A stretch of DNA of 63,128 nucleotides, taken from the IMG/VR virus record IMGVR_UViG_3300037346_000608, positions 1 through 63,128 of that record; one strand, written 5' to 3'. Source of the DNA: a virus. Its lineage: Duplodnaviria > Caudoviricetes. Numbering within the stretch: the first letter of the stretch is position 1; every line of letters begins with the position of its first letter. Position numbers and translations under genes: made by a program. The notes beneath the pieces were generated by a model. That model was not told the DNA's origin. It saw nothing but the letters and a program-made list of their open reading frames with translations, and did not search any database. Below, piece after piece: positions 19,772 to 29,783 of this stretch.

Positions 19772-20533
19772 TTAAATAATATTAACATTACCACAGTTGT
19801 GACAAAGAAATGGATCATCTCCACCATTAGCCAAAGTCCAAGACCAATTACAACTGTCACATGTAATATTACCTTCAGAATCAATTCTTTCAAGTAGATC
19901 ATTTCTACCTAATTGCTTGTAAACTTCTATTCTGGTTTTTTCCATCTTATCAGCATAAGCAGGATCTTCTTTACGATTAAAAACAACCTGTTGCGTAAGA
20001 GATCCGCTGATTTTTTTTACATCTTTTTTTCTTGTCTTAATTAACCAAGCAGCAAGATCTTTTGGATTAAGATCCCTAAAACGACCTTCTGCAGAAGGGG
20101 CATCAGATTGATGAAAATCTGGTGCACCTGCTGGTTTTTTACCTTCATTAACAAATTGAGAAAACGTAAAAATCTTATGCTGTTCTTTAACCGGTTCAAC
20201 CGTACCTTTTGGGTGTTCAGGTGGAGCGTATATACTATATAGCTTTAGCACTTCGCTACCTGTGTTAATAATATTATGAGATGCACCTGCAGGTATTACT
20301 AAAGCAATGTCATTTTCAACTTGATATTCAACTTCATCAATAATCGATACACCAGTACCAGTTAATATTTCAAAAAATTGATCAATTTCAGCATGTATTT
20401 CACTACCTATTTCTTGACCAGGTTCTAAACTCATTAAGACTAATTGTAAATGAGCAGCAGTAAAAACCTCACGACGATAATCCGTATTTTGTAAAGTTAG
20501 TTTCTTGATATTATTAACGTATGGTGTTTTCAT
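19772..20533 (-). CDS. cupin domain fused to extra modules and a C-terminal Zn ribbon
   Basis: QLVLMSL.PGQEIG.EIH, IPAG..HN, YAPPEH; internal KIFTFSQFVNE; CDSC/CHNC. Confidence 0.8.
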   Translation of the reverse strand: MKTPYVNNIKKLTLQNTDYRREVFTAAHLQLVLMSLEPGQEIGSEIHAEIDQFFEILTGTGVSIIDEVEYQVENDIALVIPAGASHNIINTGSEVLKLYSIYAPPEHPKGTVEPVKEQHKIFTFSQFVNEGKKPAGAPDFHQSDAPSAEGRFRDLNPKDLAAWLIKTRKKDVKKISGSLTQQVVFNRKEDPAYADKMEKTRIEVYKQLGRNDLLERIDSEGNITCDSCNWSWTLANGGDDPFLCHNCGNVNII

Positions 20534-20536
20534 ATT

Positions 20537-21175
20537 TTATTTTTTAAATTTTAATCCTGTCAATTCTTCAACTGCTAATAAAGTTACTTCATTATTTTCT
20601 ATACCGTCAGGTTTTGATGTGTTGTTAATAAAAATATAAGCCTTCCAAATATTTGTACGTTTAATATAGATAACTTTCCAACAATGAGTAGGAACCGCAA
20701 CTCTACCAATTCTTTTAACAACACCTACATTACCAGTCCAAATATGAATTGAATCCATTTCAATTGCAAGCTTCTTTGTTGTCATTTCAAGCGTTTTCCA
20801 ATCACCACGATTTAATGCACCGTATTGTGGAGACATATTTGAAAAGTAAAAAGATTCTTCCATAGCTTGCTGACCAGAACACTGGTTATCAGCAGCAGGT
20901 GCCATGTGACCTCTATCAGTACCACTTTTAACATAATCCTTTGCTAAATCTGTATATTCAGGTAAAAGCGGATCAGGTTTAAATTTATCTTGTCTAGGTA
21001 TTGGGTTTGCACATGTTACCTTTTCTTTAGTTACCCACCATTCAACCAACACTGGGTATTTGAGAGATTTACTAAAAACCGTTGAATATGTTTGATGATT
21101 AAGTCTAATAGTATCTAATTGTGCGTATGACAACGTAGATATAAGTAAGACAATAATTATTAAGAACCTTTTCAT
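20537..21175 (-). CDS. DNA/RNA non-specific endonuclease (NucA type) with signal peptide
   Basis: DRGHMAP, SNMSPQ..LNRG.W..LE; N-terminal signal peptide. Confidence 0.9.
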   Translation of the reverse strand: MKRFLIIIVLLISTLSYAQLDTIRLNHQTYSTVFSKSLKYPVLVEWWVTKEKVTCANPIPRQDKFKPDPLLPEYTDLAKDYVKSGTDRGHMAPAADNQCSGQQAMEESFYFSNMSPQYGALNRGDWKTLEMTTKKLAIEMDSIHIWTGNVGVVKRIGRVAVPTHCWKVIYIKRTNIWKAYIFINNTSKPDGIENNEVTLLAVEELTGLKFKK

Positions 21176-21200
21176 TATATTTTAGTTGTGTTTTATGTTT

Positions 21201-21563
21201 TTATCCATCTGTTCCCTGAATTTCTTCAGATTGATCAATTTTTTGGTAATGAGAAGGAATATAACCAGCAGTTCTACTTCCTCTTAGATCTCTTCTTACT
21301 ATTTTATATACGTAAGCACTAGAATCCTTACTATTCACTTGTAAGTATTCAGTTATTTGATCTCCTTTATAAATAGACATTTCATTACCAAAAACATCCA
21401 GTAAATCATAAACCGTACTATTTGAAACCCAAGATCCTCTAGATCTTCCAGATAACAAATCTTCAGGGTCATCATTCTTTTTTATAGGGTATGTATTTGC
21501 ATCATTTGGCCCAGACATTAAAGATTCATTTGCAAATTCTTCAAATAATTTTATTTTTTTCAT
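21201..21563 (-). CDS. putative internal head protein
   Basis: Leader MKKIKLFEEFANE. Confidence 0.55.
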   Translation of the reverse strand: MKKIKLFEEFANESLMSGPNDANTYPIKKNDDPEDLLSGRSRGSWVSNSTVYDLLDVFGNEMSIYKGDQITEYLQVNSKDSSAYVYKIVRRDLRGSRTAGYIPSHYQKIDQSEEIQGTDG

Positions 21564-22288
21564 TTTCTTTGTTTTGGATTATTTTCAGACCAAACAACAT
21601 GCCCAGTCGAATCTTCAATATGAAATTTTGCTTTAGGATATTCTCTCGCTAGCCCTTCATATTTTGCTGGTAAAAGATTTTTATCTCTAATATCAATTTC
21701 TTGTGCAACTACTCTTTTATTATCATGAGCAACAATAGACCAGGGACCAGATGAACCAGTCTTAACATCTTTCATCATTCTTGACCATGATGTAGTAGCT
21801 TCATCAATAGAAACAAGTTCATCTTCCAATTGGTCTAGTTTAAATTCAATAGCTAATGAAACATAGTCTTTTTTAGTTTCTCCGTGTGGTGCAGCCAAAT
21901 AACCACGTGGATTATTTAAGTTTCCAATTATTTTGGTAACTTTCCATGTTTCACCATCCTTAAAATTTAAGATTGCACCAACTTGTAAGTCTTTAACTTT
22001 AAATTCTTTAGCTTCATTTAAAAACTGCTTAATGAATCTTTTTACATAAGATTTATTAGCACCAACACCAGTACCAGCAATAATATCACGAACATTATAT
22101 TTCTCTATAGTATCCTGGTTTTGTTTTATGTAGTCGGCTAATTTCTTACCATCTATATTATTATCGTCAATAAAGTTTTGCGCGGCTTTATGACCTGAAC
22201 CAGTTATTTGATGAATATAAACAGCATCCATTGATAAGCCTTTATTAAGAGATTCTTTAAGTTGTGTATAATTTTTAATATGTTTCAT
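21560..22288 (-). CDS. putative modular internal head protein
   Basis: Leader MKHIKNYTQLKESL; internal LNE and IDE. Confidence 0.55.
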   Translation of the reverse strand: MKHIKNYTQLKESLNKGLSMDAVYIHQITGSGHKAAQNFIDDNNIDGKKLADYIKQNQDTIEKYNVRDIIAGTGVGANKSYVKRFIKQFLNEAKEFKVKDLQVGAILNFKDGETWKVTKIIGNLNNPRGYLAAPHGETKKDYVSLAIEFKLDQLEDELVSIDEATTSWSRMMKDVKTGSSGPWSIVAHDNKRVVAQEIDIRDKNLLPAKYEGLAREYPKAKFHIEDSTGHVVWSENNPKQRK

Positions 22289-22290
22289 AA

Positions 22291-23760
22291 TTATTCAAAT
22301 TTTATTCCAGTATGATTATTACCTTTAGCACTAATTGGTGAATATTCACCACTAAACGAAGTTTTTATAAAAGTTTGGTAAGGATTAACTGAACATCCTA
22401 TTCTTTCCATAAATTTTCTATTTACTAGAAACTTTGTAGATTTTTCAGTTCTATCAACTAATGATATATGTACATCTTTATATATCTTACCTGCAAATAC
22501 AACATCCATTTCAATAATAGGTCTGTTGTGTTTAGTTTCACCAACTTCAGCACTTGAGAAACCGATAACATTTGACGTAAATTCTTTATTACCTAATTTC
22601 CATGTTACTGTTTTTTCATCTTCTGATAACTTCTTTTTATCATAAGTCAATGAACATGAAAGAGTACCATTACCAGTATCAAATTTGCCAATCACATCAC
22701 CGATGCCTGGTATTGTCACAGATTCACGGAACCCAATTGTAGTTTGATTTTTTATCCAATTTTGTTTATCTACTACAAATTCTATTACGTCTTTCACCAC
22801 ATCAACACCTGTTGCCTTTTTAAGGCCTTCAGTACCTGGTGATGAATTAACTTCAAGAACATAATTCTTACCACTCTTTTTATCAACTATAATATCAACA
22901 CCACACCAATTGCAACCTATGGCTTTAGCAGATTCAATTGCTATTGATTCTTGCTCAGGAGTAACTTTTGTTTTTTCAACAGTACCACCTAAGTGATAAT
23001 TTGTTCTAAAATCGTCATTAACGCGATTACGTCTCATATAACCAAGAAGAACAGAATCAGTATCAGCTGGAGATGGCGAATTAAATCTTCTGGTTAAAAC
23101 ATGAATTCTTAAATCATAATCAGAATCTATCTTTTCTTGAATTAACAATTCTACCGTCTTATTAGCTTTCCATATAGTTTGAATTACCGATTTTAACGAT
23201 GCTATTGAATCTACAATAGAAACACCAATACCATGAGAACCCGAAAGCATCTTAAGTACTACTGGAAATTGACCGCCAATTGATTCGACAGCATCTTCTA
23301 ATCCATCGTCATCCTCAATAAGAGCCATTCTTGGAATTGGTATCCCAGCATCCATTAAAATTTTTGATGTTGTGTATTTATTTTCACAACTTAAAATTGA
23401 TTCTAATGTATTTACCACAAAGAAACCACTTTCCTCAAGTTGTTGAACAATGCTCCTGGTATAGGTACTCTTAACAACACCACGTCTTGTTAAAATTGCA
23501 GTATCATCTGAACTTATTGTTGCAGTTGAATCACCATCAGTTATTACAAATGATTCACTATCTGGTTTTTTAGTAAGGGTCGCTTTATCAATACTAATAA
23601 CCGTAAAAGGTACACCTTGTTTTTTACACTCAGCCTTAATGGTAGGTACAGTGTTGGACTCTTCACTAGTATTTGATAATAGTACTATTTTAACTTTACC
23701 ATTATCTAATGCTTCATTTAGAGATTCCTTAAGTTGAATATATGTCTTTATGTGTTTCAT
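22291..23760 (-). CDS. RimK-family ATP-grasp ligase fused to retropepsin-like (RimB-like) protease
   Basis: GSHGIGV, IQEKI, DFRTNYHLGG, EVNSSPG; C-terminal KFDTGNG...LVDR; leader MKHIKTY..LKESLNE. Confidence 0.85.
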   Translation of the reverse strand: MKHIKTYIQLKESLNEALDNGKVKIVLLSNTSEESNTVPTIKAECKKQGVPFTVISIDKATLTKKPDSESFVITDGDSTATISSDDTAILTRRGVVKSTYTRSIVQQLEESGFFVVNTLESILSCENKYTTSKILMDAGIPIPRMALIEDDDGLEDAVESIGGQFPVVLKMLSGSHGIGVSIVDSIASLKSVIQTIWKANKTVELLIQEKIDSDYDLRIHVLTRRFNSPSPADTDSVLLGYMRRNRVNDDFRTNYHLGGTVEKTKVTPEQESIAIESAKAIGCNWCGVDIIVDKKSGKNYVLEVNSSPGTEGLKKATGVDVVKDVIEFVVDKQNWIKNQTTIGFRESVTIPGIGDVIGKFDTGNGTLSCSLTYDKKKLSEDEKTVTWKLGNKEFTSNVIGFSSAEVGETKHNRPIIEMDVVFAGKIYKDVHISLVDRTEKSTKFLVNRKFMERIGCSVNPYQTFIKTSFSGEYSPISAKGNNHTGIKFE

Positions 23761-23763
23761 TAA

Positions 23764-25119
23764 TTATAAATATCTTTGTGCCATTCTTTCCCAGTTAGGT
23801 AAACCTGCCTGTTTAAAACCAGCTGCTTTAACAAAAGTTCTCATTGAAACATCCTTTGCACGTTTCATAAATTCATAAATTTCTTCTTTATCTTTAAGTG
23901 GCATATCGCGCGGTTCAAGATCAGGAAGAAGAAGTTTAATTCTTTCCATTAGAGTCATATCATCTGGGTTAACATCAATTAAAATTGATCTTGAACGAAT
24001 TGCCCCATCTGGATCTGCTTTATCTTTTGCTAAATTTGAAATAAAGATTACACGACCTGCAAAATCAAAATATCCAGGAATTAATCCATTTTCAATAGCA
24101 AGAAATTCACCTTCTGGATTATTTTCAAAATCTTTAGGATCAAATACTAATCCTGTCTTTTTAAGATAACTAATTCTTCTAACCTTTTTGGTGTCAAGTG
24201 CAGCCTTTAAGATATTACGACCGGTCTCATCTCTAAATACAGCATCACAATCATCAAATACTAATGTCTTGGTTCTGTATTGGAATAATTTTTTATACAT
24301 CATAATAACTGAAACTGCCCCAGATACAACGATAAAGTCATCATCTTCAACAAGTCCTTCATCCTTTAGTGCTCTAGTAATAGAAAAAGTTTTACCAGTA
24401 CCTGCCCTACCTGAAACCATTAGTGAATTAAACGCACCTGCAGCAACTCTTCGGGTGATTTGATATAAGTCATCTAGTGTTTCATCTAATAGTTTAACTT
24501 TATCGGCAAGTGTAATATCATTTTGTTTAACTGCTGGATTAACGTCCTCGGGTACATTTACATTTCTCTTAAGTTGTAAAATCATACCATACGATACACT
24601 TAGTTCTCTTGCAATAGCAGCACCACTTTCGCCTTTATTAAGCCTAGTTAGAATACCCCTTTGTTCAGCTGGTGTGAATGACCTACTACCTTCATTAACA
24701 AGAGATTCAGTTAAAGTTTCAACTTCTTTAGTATAAGAAGGTTCATTTATTAATTTAGTAAATTCATTTACCAATGCAATAATTGGGAAGTTTTGACTGC
24801 TTATTGAAAAGTCTGCGGTATGTGATGCACCATCAGAAAAATAATCCAATTGAGCAATTACACCAGGAAAGGTTCCACCACCACCACCAATTCTAACAGC
24901 AGAGTTGTCTTTACCACTATAGAGCATAATTCCTGGTACACCATTAGAATAAACTATAAATGGGAATTTCTTAAAATCCTTTCCTGTCTTTTTGTTTAAG
25001 AAACCTGTGATAATATCAGCAGCTTGATTTAATTTAGATTCAGTTTGAACAGAATCCATAGAACTTGAAAAAGCTTCATTTAGCATTTTAAATTCTTCGT
25101 ATTCTTTGATGTGTTTCAT
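23764..25119 (-). CDS. AAA+ ATPase with HTH segment and leader
   Basis: GRAGTGKT, VFDDCD, FISN, IRSRS; HTH-like AAIARELSVSY. Confidence 0.8.
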   Translation of the reverse strand: MKHIKEYEEFKMLNEAFSSSMDSVQTESKLNQAADIITGFLNKKTGKDFKKFPFIVYSNGVPGIMLYSGKDNSAVRIGGGGGTFPGVIAQLDYFSDGASHTADFSISSQNFPIIALVNEFTKLINEPSYTKEVETLTESLVNEGSRSFTPAEQRGILTRLNKGESGAAIARELSVSYGMILQLKRNVNVPEDVNPAVKQNDITLADKVKLLDETLDDLYQITRRVAAGAFNSLMVSGRAGTGKTFSITRALKDEGLVEDDDFIVVSGAVSVIMMYKKLFQYRTKTLVFDDCDAVFRDETGRNILKAALDTKKVRRISYLKKTGLVFDPKDFENNPEGEFLAIENGLIPGYFDFAGRVIFISNLAKDKADPDGAIRSRSILIDVNPDDMTLMERIKLLLPDLEPRDMPLKDKEEIYEFMKRAKDVSMRTFVKAAGFKQAGLPNWERMAQRYL

Positions 25120-25162
25120 TTTTAATAATTTTTTTATATTTATCGGTTTAAGCTTTTATTAT

Positions 25163-25705
25163 TTACCAAGGGTTAGTAGAACTTAATCCTAATTGCTTAC
25201 CAAAGAGACTTGGACCATAACATGCCCAGAACCCAGGTTTATTTGGATCCATTTTTTCTACCTTATCACAACCTTGTCTGGCCCAAAAACTAGCAGATCT
25301 TTTTGGATCATCATTCTTAACTGTTAGGTTAGGATCACCCCATTCTATTTTCTTTGCAACGATATTACCTTCTTTATCAGTTTTATCACTATTTCGATAA
25401 ACTATAAACTTTTTCTTACCACCTCTTTCAGGTGAATCAAGCTTAACCTTATTAGATCTGCCTGTTTTTCTATCATTATAGACTGCATCCTTTCCAACTT
25501 CAAGATTTTTTGCCATCCAGCCACTAGGACCATTAAGAATAATATTCCCTTTGTCCCAATATTGTTTTACTTCTTCAAATAGGTCAGTAAATGAATCTGA
25601 ACCTAAACGAAAAACTGAATTCGTTAAATCTAATTCATTTTCAATATGATACTTAAGTCCTTCTGAAACTTTATGATAATCGTTAAAACTTTTTATAAAT
25701 TTCAT
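25163..25705 (-). CDS. conserved large-phage protein
   Basis: KKF.VY...WGDP.L.VK.DDPKR.ASF.AR..C...GFWAC. Confidence 0.7.
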   Translation of the reverse strand: MKFIKSFNDYHKVSEGLKYHIENELDLTNSVFRLGSDSFTDLFEEVKQYWDKGNIILNGPSGWMAKNLEVGKDAVYNDRKTGRSNKVKLDSPERGGKKKFIVYRNSDKTDKEGNIVAKKIEWGDPNLTVKNDDPKRSASFWARQGCDKVEKMDPNKPGFWACYGPSLFGKQLGLSSTNPW

Positions 25706-25734
25706 GTTTAATATGTTTCATGATTTTATTCTTT

Positions 25735-26181
25735 TTATTTTATGGGATCAGGATTCATTGCTGCATCCTGATTTTTTTCTTGCCATCCGTATGATACCTT
25801 ATCTTCATCTATAGGACCACCTGCAGCCCAAGTATAGCAGCTACGGGCAGAATGACACTTAAATTGATGCATCCAACAGTATCCTAATTGACCATCTTTG
25901 TCACTAATTGCACCAGGCATACAGTCTTCCATTCTTGGCGATATATCAAAAGCAACGCATTGTCCACATGTTGATTTTTTAGCAGCTTCAACTGATGTAT
26001 TCCAGTGGTCAGCTAAATGCCCCCAATAGCCAGCAGGTTCATCAACATTAAGTGGACCATATTGAATATGATCTGCTTCAATTGCACGATTTCTATTTTT
26101 TGTATTTACCTCTAGATCTTTAGTAGGAACAGGGCATGATGTTGCTTCTTTAAATTCTTCGAATAGTTTTATAGTTTTCAT
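25735..26181 (-). CDS. Cys-rich putative head protein
   Basis: Leader MKTIKLFEEFKE; CGQCVAF, GYC...FKCH..RSC..W. Confidence 0.65.
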   Translation of the reverse strand: MKTIKLFEEFKEATSCPVPTKDLEVNTKNRNRAIEADHIQYGPLNVDEPAGYWGHLADHWNTSVEAAKKSTCGQCVAFDISPRMEDCMPGAISDKDGQLGYCWMHQFKCHSARSCYTWAAGGPIDEDKVSYGWQEKNQDAAMNPDPIK

Positions 26182-26182
26182 A

Positions 26183-26989
26183 TTATCCTTTTTTTAAGTT
26201 TTTATCATGACCACCTTTAATTACTTCTTGAGCAACATCGGCGTCAGCACCATAGGCACCTTTAGGACCACCTTTGATTGGATCTTTGAGAGGTCTACCC
26301 CAAGTACCCGGCGCCTTAGTTAAAAATGAATTAACTCTTGCATACCCCCATTGTTCTTGACCTGCGCCTGGTCTATGTCCGCTTTTCCATGCAGCCATAC
26401 CTCTACGCATAATAATTCTAAGAAGAGGTAAAGGAATGCCAGTTTCTTCCTTCTTATTCTTTAATGCAGTTTCAATTGAATCATTATCAATAGGTGAACG
26501 ATCACCACTTGAATCTTCATTAAGTGATTCATTAACAGGGATCTCTTCGTTATTCAGATAATCTAATATCTTTTTCTTATCAGAGTCTTTAACGGTTAAG
26601 TACCAACCTGGTCCCATTTGTTTAACGTCAACGCCTAGTTTAATTAGATCTTCTTTGTTAGTTTTAGATAAACCTGTTACGGCTAATTGAGAATATCTTT
26701 CATATACATCAAAAGATTCATTTGAATCTTTATATCCATATAACTCTTGATAATTTTTAGTGTGTTTTGATGGTTTAAGCAGTTTTTTACCTTTAGTATC
26801 GCCCGGTAACGCTTTATATGCGTCTGGGTCATTATCAGGTAAATTTGCCTGATCTTTCATTTGTGCGGCTTTTTTACGTGCAGTCGATGTTGAAATGCCT
26901 TTGAAGTAACCATGATCTTTAATCTTGTCTTCAAAATCTTCTTCTTTGGCCTCAGTTAAAAAAGAAATAAACGTTTTAATGTATTTCAT
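26183..26989 (-). CDS. putative head protein (DUF5824-like C-terminus)
   Basis: Leader MKYIKTFISFLTE; RRGMAAWKSGHRPG..QWGYARVNSF. Confidence 0.65.
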   Translation of the reverse strand: MKYIKTFISFLTEAKEEDFEDKIKDHGYFKGISTSTARKKAAQMKDQANLPDNDPDAYKALPGDTKGKKLLKPSKHTKNYQELYGYKDSNESFDVYERYSQLAVTGLSKTNKEDLIKLGVDVKQMGPGWYLTVKDSDKKKILDYLNNEEIPVNESLNEDSSGDRSPIDNDSIETALKNKKEETGIPLPLLRIIMRRGMAAWKSGHRPGAGQEQWGYARVNSFLTKAPGTWGRPLKDPIKGGPKGAYGADADVAQEVIKGGHDKNLKKG

Positions 26990-27030
26990 ACAGGTATATT
27001 ATTTGTTTATTTATTCATAGCTGTTAATAG

Positions 27031-27057
27031 AAAAAATAGGACCGAGCCCTATTTTTT
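27031..27057 (-). terminator. intrinsic terminator
   Basis: AAAAAATAGG-ACCGAGC-CCTATTTTTT. Confidence 0.6.
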
Positions 27058-27297
27058 TAATTCTACTATTCTTAATTCATTATGGACTAGTTTTATGATG
27101 TTATCTTTAAGTGATACTTGATCAAACGATAGCCATTCTACATCATTAACTATATCTGATATTTCACAAGCGATACCGGATTCAGTAATTATTGTATCAG
27201 CACCTTGGGTATACCATTGAATGATTCGGTCAACCCCGCCGTCATTAAATAATCTAATAACTTGTTCATTAGATATATACCTTTTATGAAAACTCAT
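27049..27297 (-). CDS. hypothetical protein
   Basis: ORF in run. Confidence 0.6.
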   Translation of the reverse strand: MSFHKRYISNEQVIRLFNDGGVDRIIQWYTQGADTIITESGIACEISDIVNDVEWLSFDQVSLKDNIIKLVHNELRIVELKK

Positions 27298-27298
27298 A

Positions 27299-27892
27299 TT
27301 AAAGTTCTACAATAGGATCTACTTCATTTGCAAGTGAGGCCACCACATCTGTGGATTCCATATCATCAATAAAATCACCTGATGCCAATTGATCATCAAG
27401 AATAGATAACCTGTGATGGTTTTGACGTAAGCTGTTATTATCATTATGAGCCTGTTGAACTGCTTTAGATAAACTTTCACCACATACTGCCATTAATTCA
27501 ACGAATGCTTTTGCTTCATAAAAACCTTTACCTGTCATTTTAGTTACCATTGACCATAAAATGGTAATGTTAGCAGAACGAAGATTAATAAATCCAGCCC
27601 AGTCTTGTAATTTAACAAATTCTTTTTGTTCTCTAAGATTATGGTAAAGCATAATCAAACCAGTAGCAGTCGTATGACCCCATGGTGCATCTTTTTCTAA
27701 AAATTTTAATAAGTTATCAAAGATCTTTTTTGATTTTAAATCAATAGAGTATTCTCTTTCTTGCATTTCTTTAAGAAGAGTTTCATTGATTTCAAAAAGT
27801 TCTTTTTGTTCCGAGATAAGTGCACTCTTTTTTAGAGTTTCTTTATTTTCTACCAATAGTTCAGTGGTTTCCATTTCTTGTGTTTTATTCAT
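27299..27892 (-). CDS. hypothetical protein
   Basis: ORF in run. Confidence 0.65.
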   Translation of the reverse strand: MNKTQEMETTELLVENKETLKKSALISEQKELFEINETLLKEMQEREYSIDLKSKKIFDNLLKFLEKDAPWGHTTATGLIMLYHNLREQKEFVKLQDWAGFINLRSANITILWSMVTKMTGKGFYEAKAFVELMAVCGESLSKAVQQAHNDNNSLRQNHHRLSILDDQLASGDFIDDMESTDVVASLANEVDPIVEL

Positions 27893-28139
27893 TTTCTTTT
27901 AAATTATTTGTTTGTGATGTTGGGTTATTTGTTTGTGATGTTGGGTTAAAATCTTTGTTTACATGATCGCATTTAACACAAGCAAGTGAATCAATAGGAA
28001 TAACTTTGTCATTACCATCTGGTGATAAAAATCTACTAAGCTTTCTTAAAAAAAATATTGGCCTAAATGTATTATTATTACATTCATCGCAAGTAATTTC
28101 TGTTGTGCTGTTAATGTCGATGTTTGGTTCCTGTTGCAT
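27885..28139 (-). CDS. Zn-ribbon protein
   Basis: CDEC...CVKC; 21-bp tandem duplication (PTSQTNN x2) at 27904-27945. Confidence 0.7.
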   Translation of the reverse strand: MQQEPNIDINSTTEITCDECNNNTFRPIFFLRKLSRFLSPDGNDKVIPIDSLACVKCDHVNKDFNPTSQTNNPTSQTNNLKENE

Positions 28140-28231
28140 ATAATTATTATTTTAGTTTTATATTGATTATTTTCTATTTGGTTTCAGATAATCTTTAATT
28201 ACCTTATCATTATTTAGTGTTACCTTTTACT

Positions 28232-28996
28232 TTATTGTTTGAAAGGGCATTCATTATATAAAAGATCTAAATCAATTGAAATACGATATTCATGAAATTT
28301 CATATTTTTTATTTCGGTTTCATTATTAATTAATATTGGCTTAGTATCTGGTCTATTTACTGATTTAAAATAATCAATAAATTTAAAATCACCACCAATT
28401 ACATGTGTTGATAATTTAATCCAATATGAAGGTATACCATAAGAATCGGCACAAATAAGACCGTGTAGTGAACTTGATAAAATTACTTCACATTCGTTTA
28501 TTTCATCAACAAAGGTATTAATAGTAGGATCTAGAATATTAATAATTTTTACACTATCAGAATTTTTGTATTGTTCCAACCAAGAGTTTGCTTGATCAAT
28601 ATAATGTGGTATTATACCATATTTATATTTTTTAGAAACATTAGGTTGATAAAAACGAGGATAAAGAAGAGCAGGGTCTCCATATATAGGAGGGCAATTA
28701 AAACCTAATTTTAAAAGCATTTCCCTACTCAAAGGACCTCTAACTGCTCTTATATCAGGTTGTTCATTTATAGTATCAATAGATGAAATAAAACCAGAGC
28801 CCCATACTGTTGTATTTTTATGAGACCATCTTAATATACTACCAGCACACAAATAATGGTGTATATCCGGATCTTTTATATATAAAGGATCCTTTCCACT
28901 AATGAGCTTAATGAGAGTTTTATTTAATTCATCACCCCAATTAGGTTTATGTGGGCCTGACCACCTTATGTTTATGCTATTTTCTATTTCACCCAT
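28232..28996 (-). CDS. polysaccharide pyruvyl-transferase family protein
   Basis: NWGD, GSI, WGSG, AVRGPL, GDPALL, IPHY, SSLHG, FKF.DY. Confidence 0.88.
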   Translation of the reverse strand: MGEIENSINIRWSGPHKPNWGDELNKTLIKLISGKDPLYIKDPDIHHYLCAGSILRWSHKNTTVWGSGFISSIDTINEQPDIRAVRGPLSREMLLKLGFNCPPIYGDPALLYPRFYQPNVSKKYKYGIIPHYIDQANSWLEQYKNSDSVKIINILDPTINTFVDEINECEVILSSSLHGLICADSYGIPSYWIKLSTHVIGGDFKFIDYFKSVNRPDTKPILINNETEIKNMKFHEYRISIDLDLLYNECPFKQ

Positions 28997-29781
28997 AATA
29001 AATGCTGGAATTCAGGTTGTTCATACATTAATCTTGATTTGTAACCAGTCCATGCGTCTAACACACTACCTACATCAATTGAAACAGCTCCCATTGTTTT
29101 TGCAGACCATGGGATAAGATCTTTAATAGCGCTGCCACCACCAAAAAGAAATATCTTTTTATTTGAAGATAGAATAGATTCTTTAATAAAAGCCCTCTGT
29201 TTATATGACCTATCTCCTGATATATCAGTATATGTTACATTAACTCCTAAAACATTACTAAAATTTACATCCTTAAATCTTTTAACATTTGATGTAATGA
29301 TATGCATATCATTACCTTGTATTAATTTTTTAAAGTTTGATAAACTACCAAAAGAATGACTTCTTGTAAATAGGCTATCAATAGTTTTTTTTGCTATATG
29401 ATCAATCCCATGTCTTCTTAAAACATTATCAGATATACTATAAAATCTAGCATCCTTACCTGGAACAGTTAACCCCAAATAATCAGCTGATTTCATTGCC
29501 GATATGATGTAACTTCGGATTTCTTTTATCCAAGTCAATGCTTCGTTAGAATTAAGATAACATTGACATGAATGAGGATGGATTTTGCAATCCCAGATGT
29601 GATTTCGCCTTAAGATATCATTCATAGCATTATGGTGGATTTTTACTGATCTTTCATCAAAGTCACCTTTTGACTTAACTATATGAAATTCCCCATCCCC
29701 ACATCTAACAGCACTTAGTGGCTTTTTATTTATTATAGAATTTTTAATATCTTCCAAGAGATCCTGTGTACTAATATTCAT
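28984..29781 (-). CDS. GT-D-fold-like glycosyltransferase
   Basis: S.VRCGDGE...IDVGSVLDAW.G. Confidence 0.65.
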   Translation of the reverse strand: MNISTQDLLEDIKNSIINKKPLSAVRCGDGEFHIVKSKGDFDERSVKIHHNAMNDILRRNHIWDCKIHPHSCQCYLNSNEALTWIKEIRSYIISAMKSADYLGLTVPGKDARFYSISDNVLRRHGIDHIAKKTIDSLFTRSHSFGSLSNFKKLIQGNDMHIITSNVKRFKDVNFSNVLGVNVTYTDISGDRSYKQRAFIKESILSSNKKIFLFGGGSAIKDLIPWSAKTMGAVSIDVGSVLDAWTGYKSRLMYEQPEFQHLLWVK

Positions 29782-29783
29782 AA

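Noticed and set aside
27904-27948. 21-bp tandem duplication
   Set aside because: Simple in-frame slippage in a disordered tail; no further significance evident
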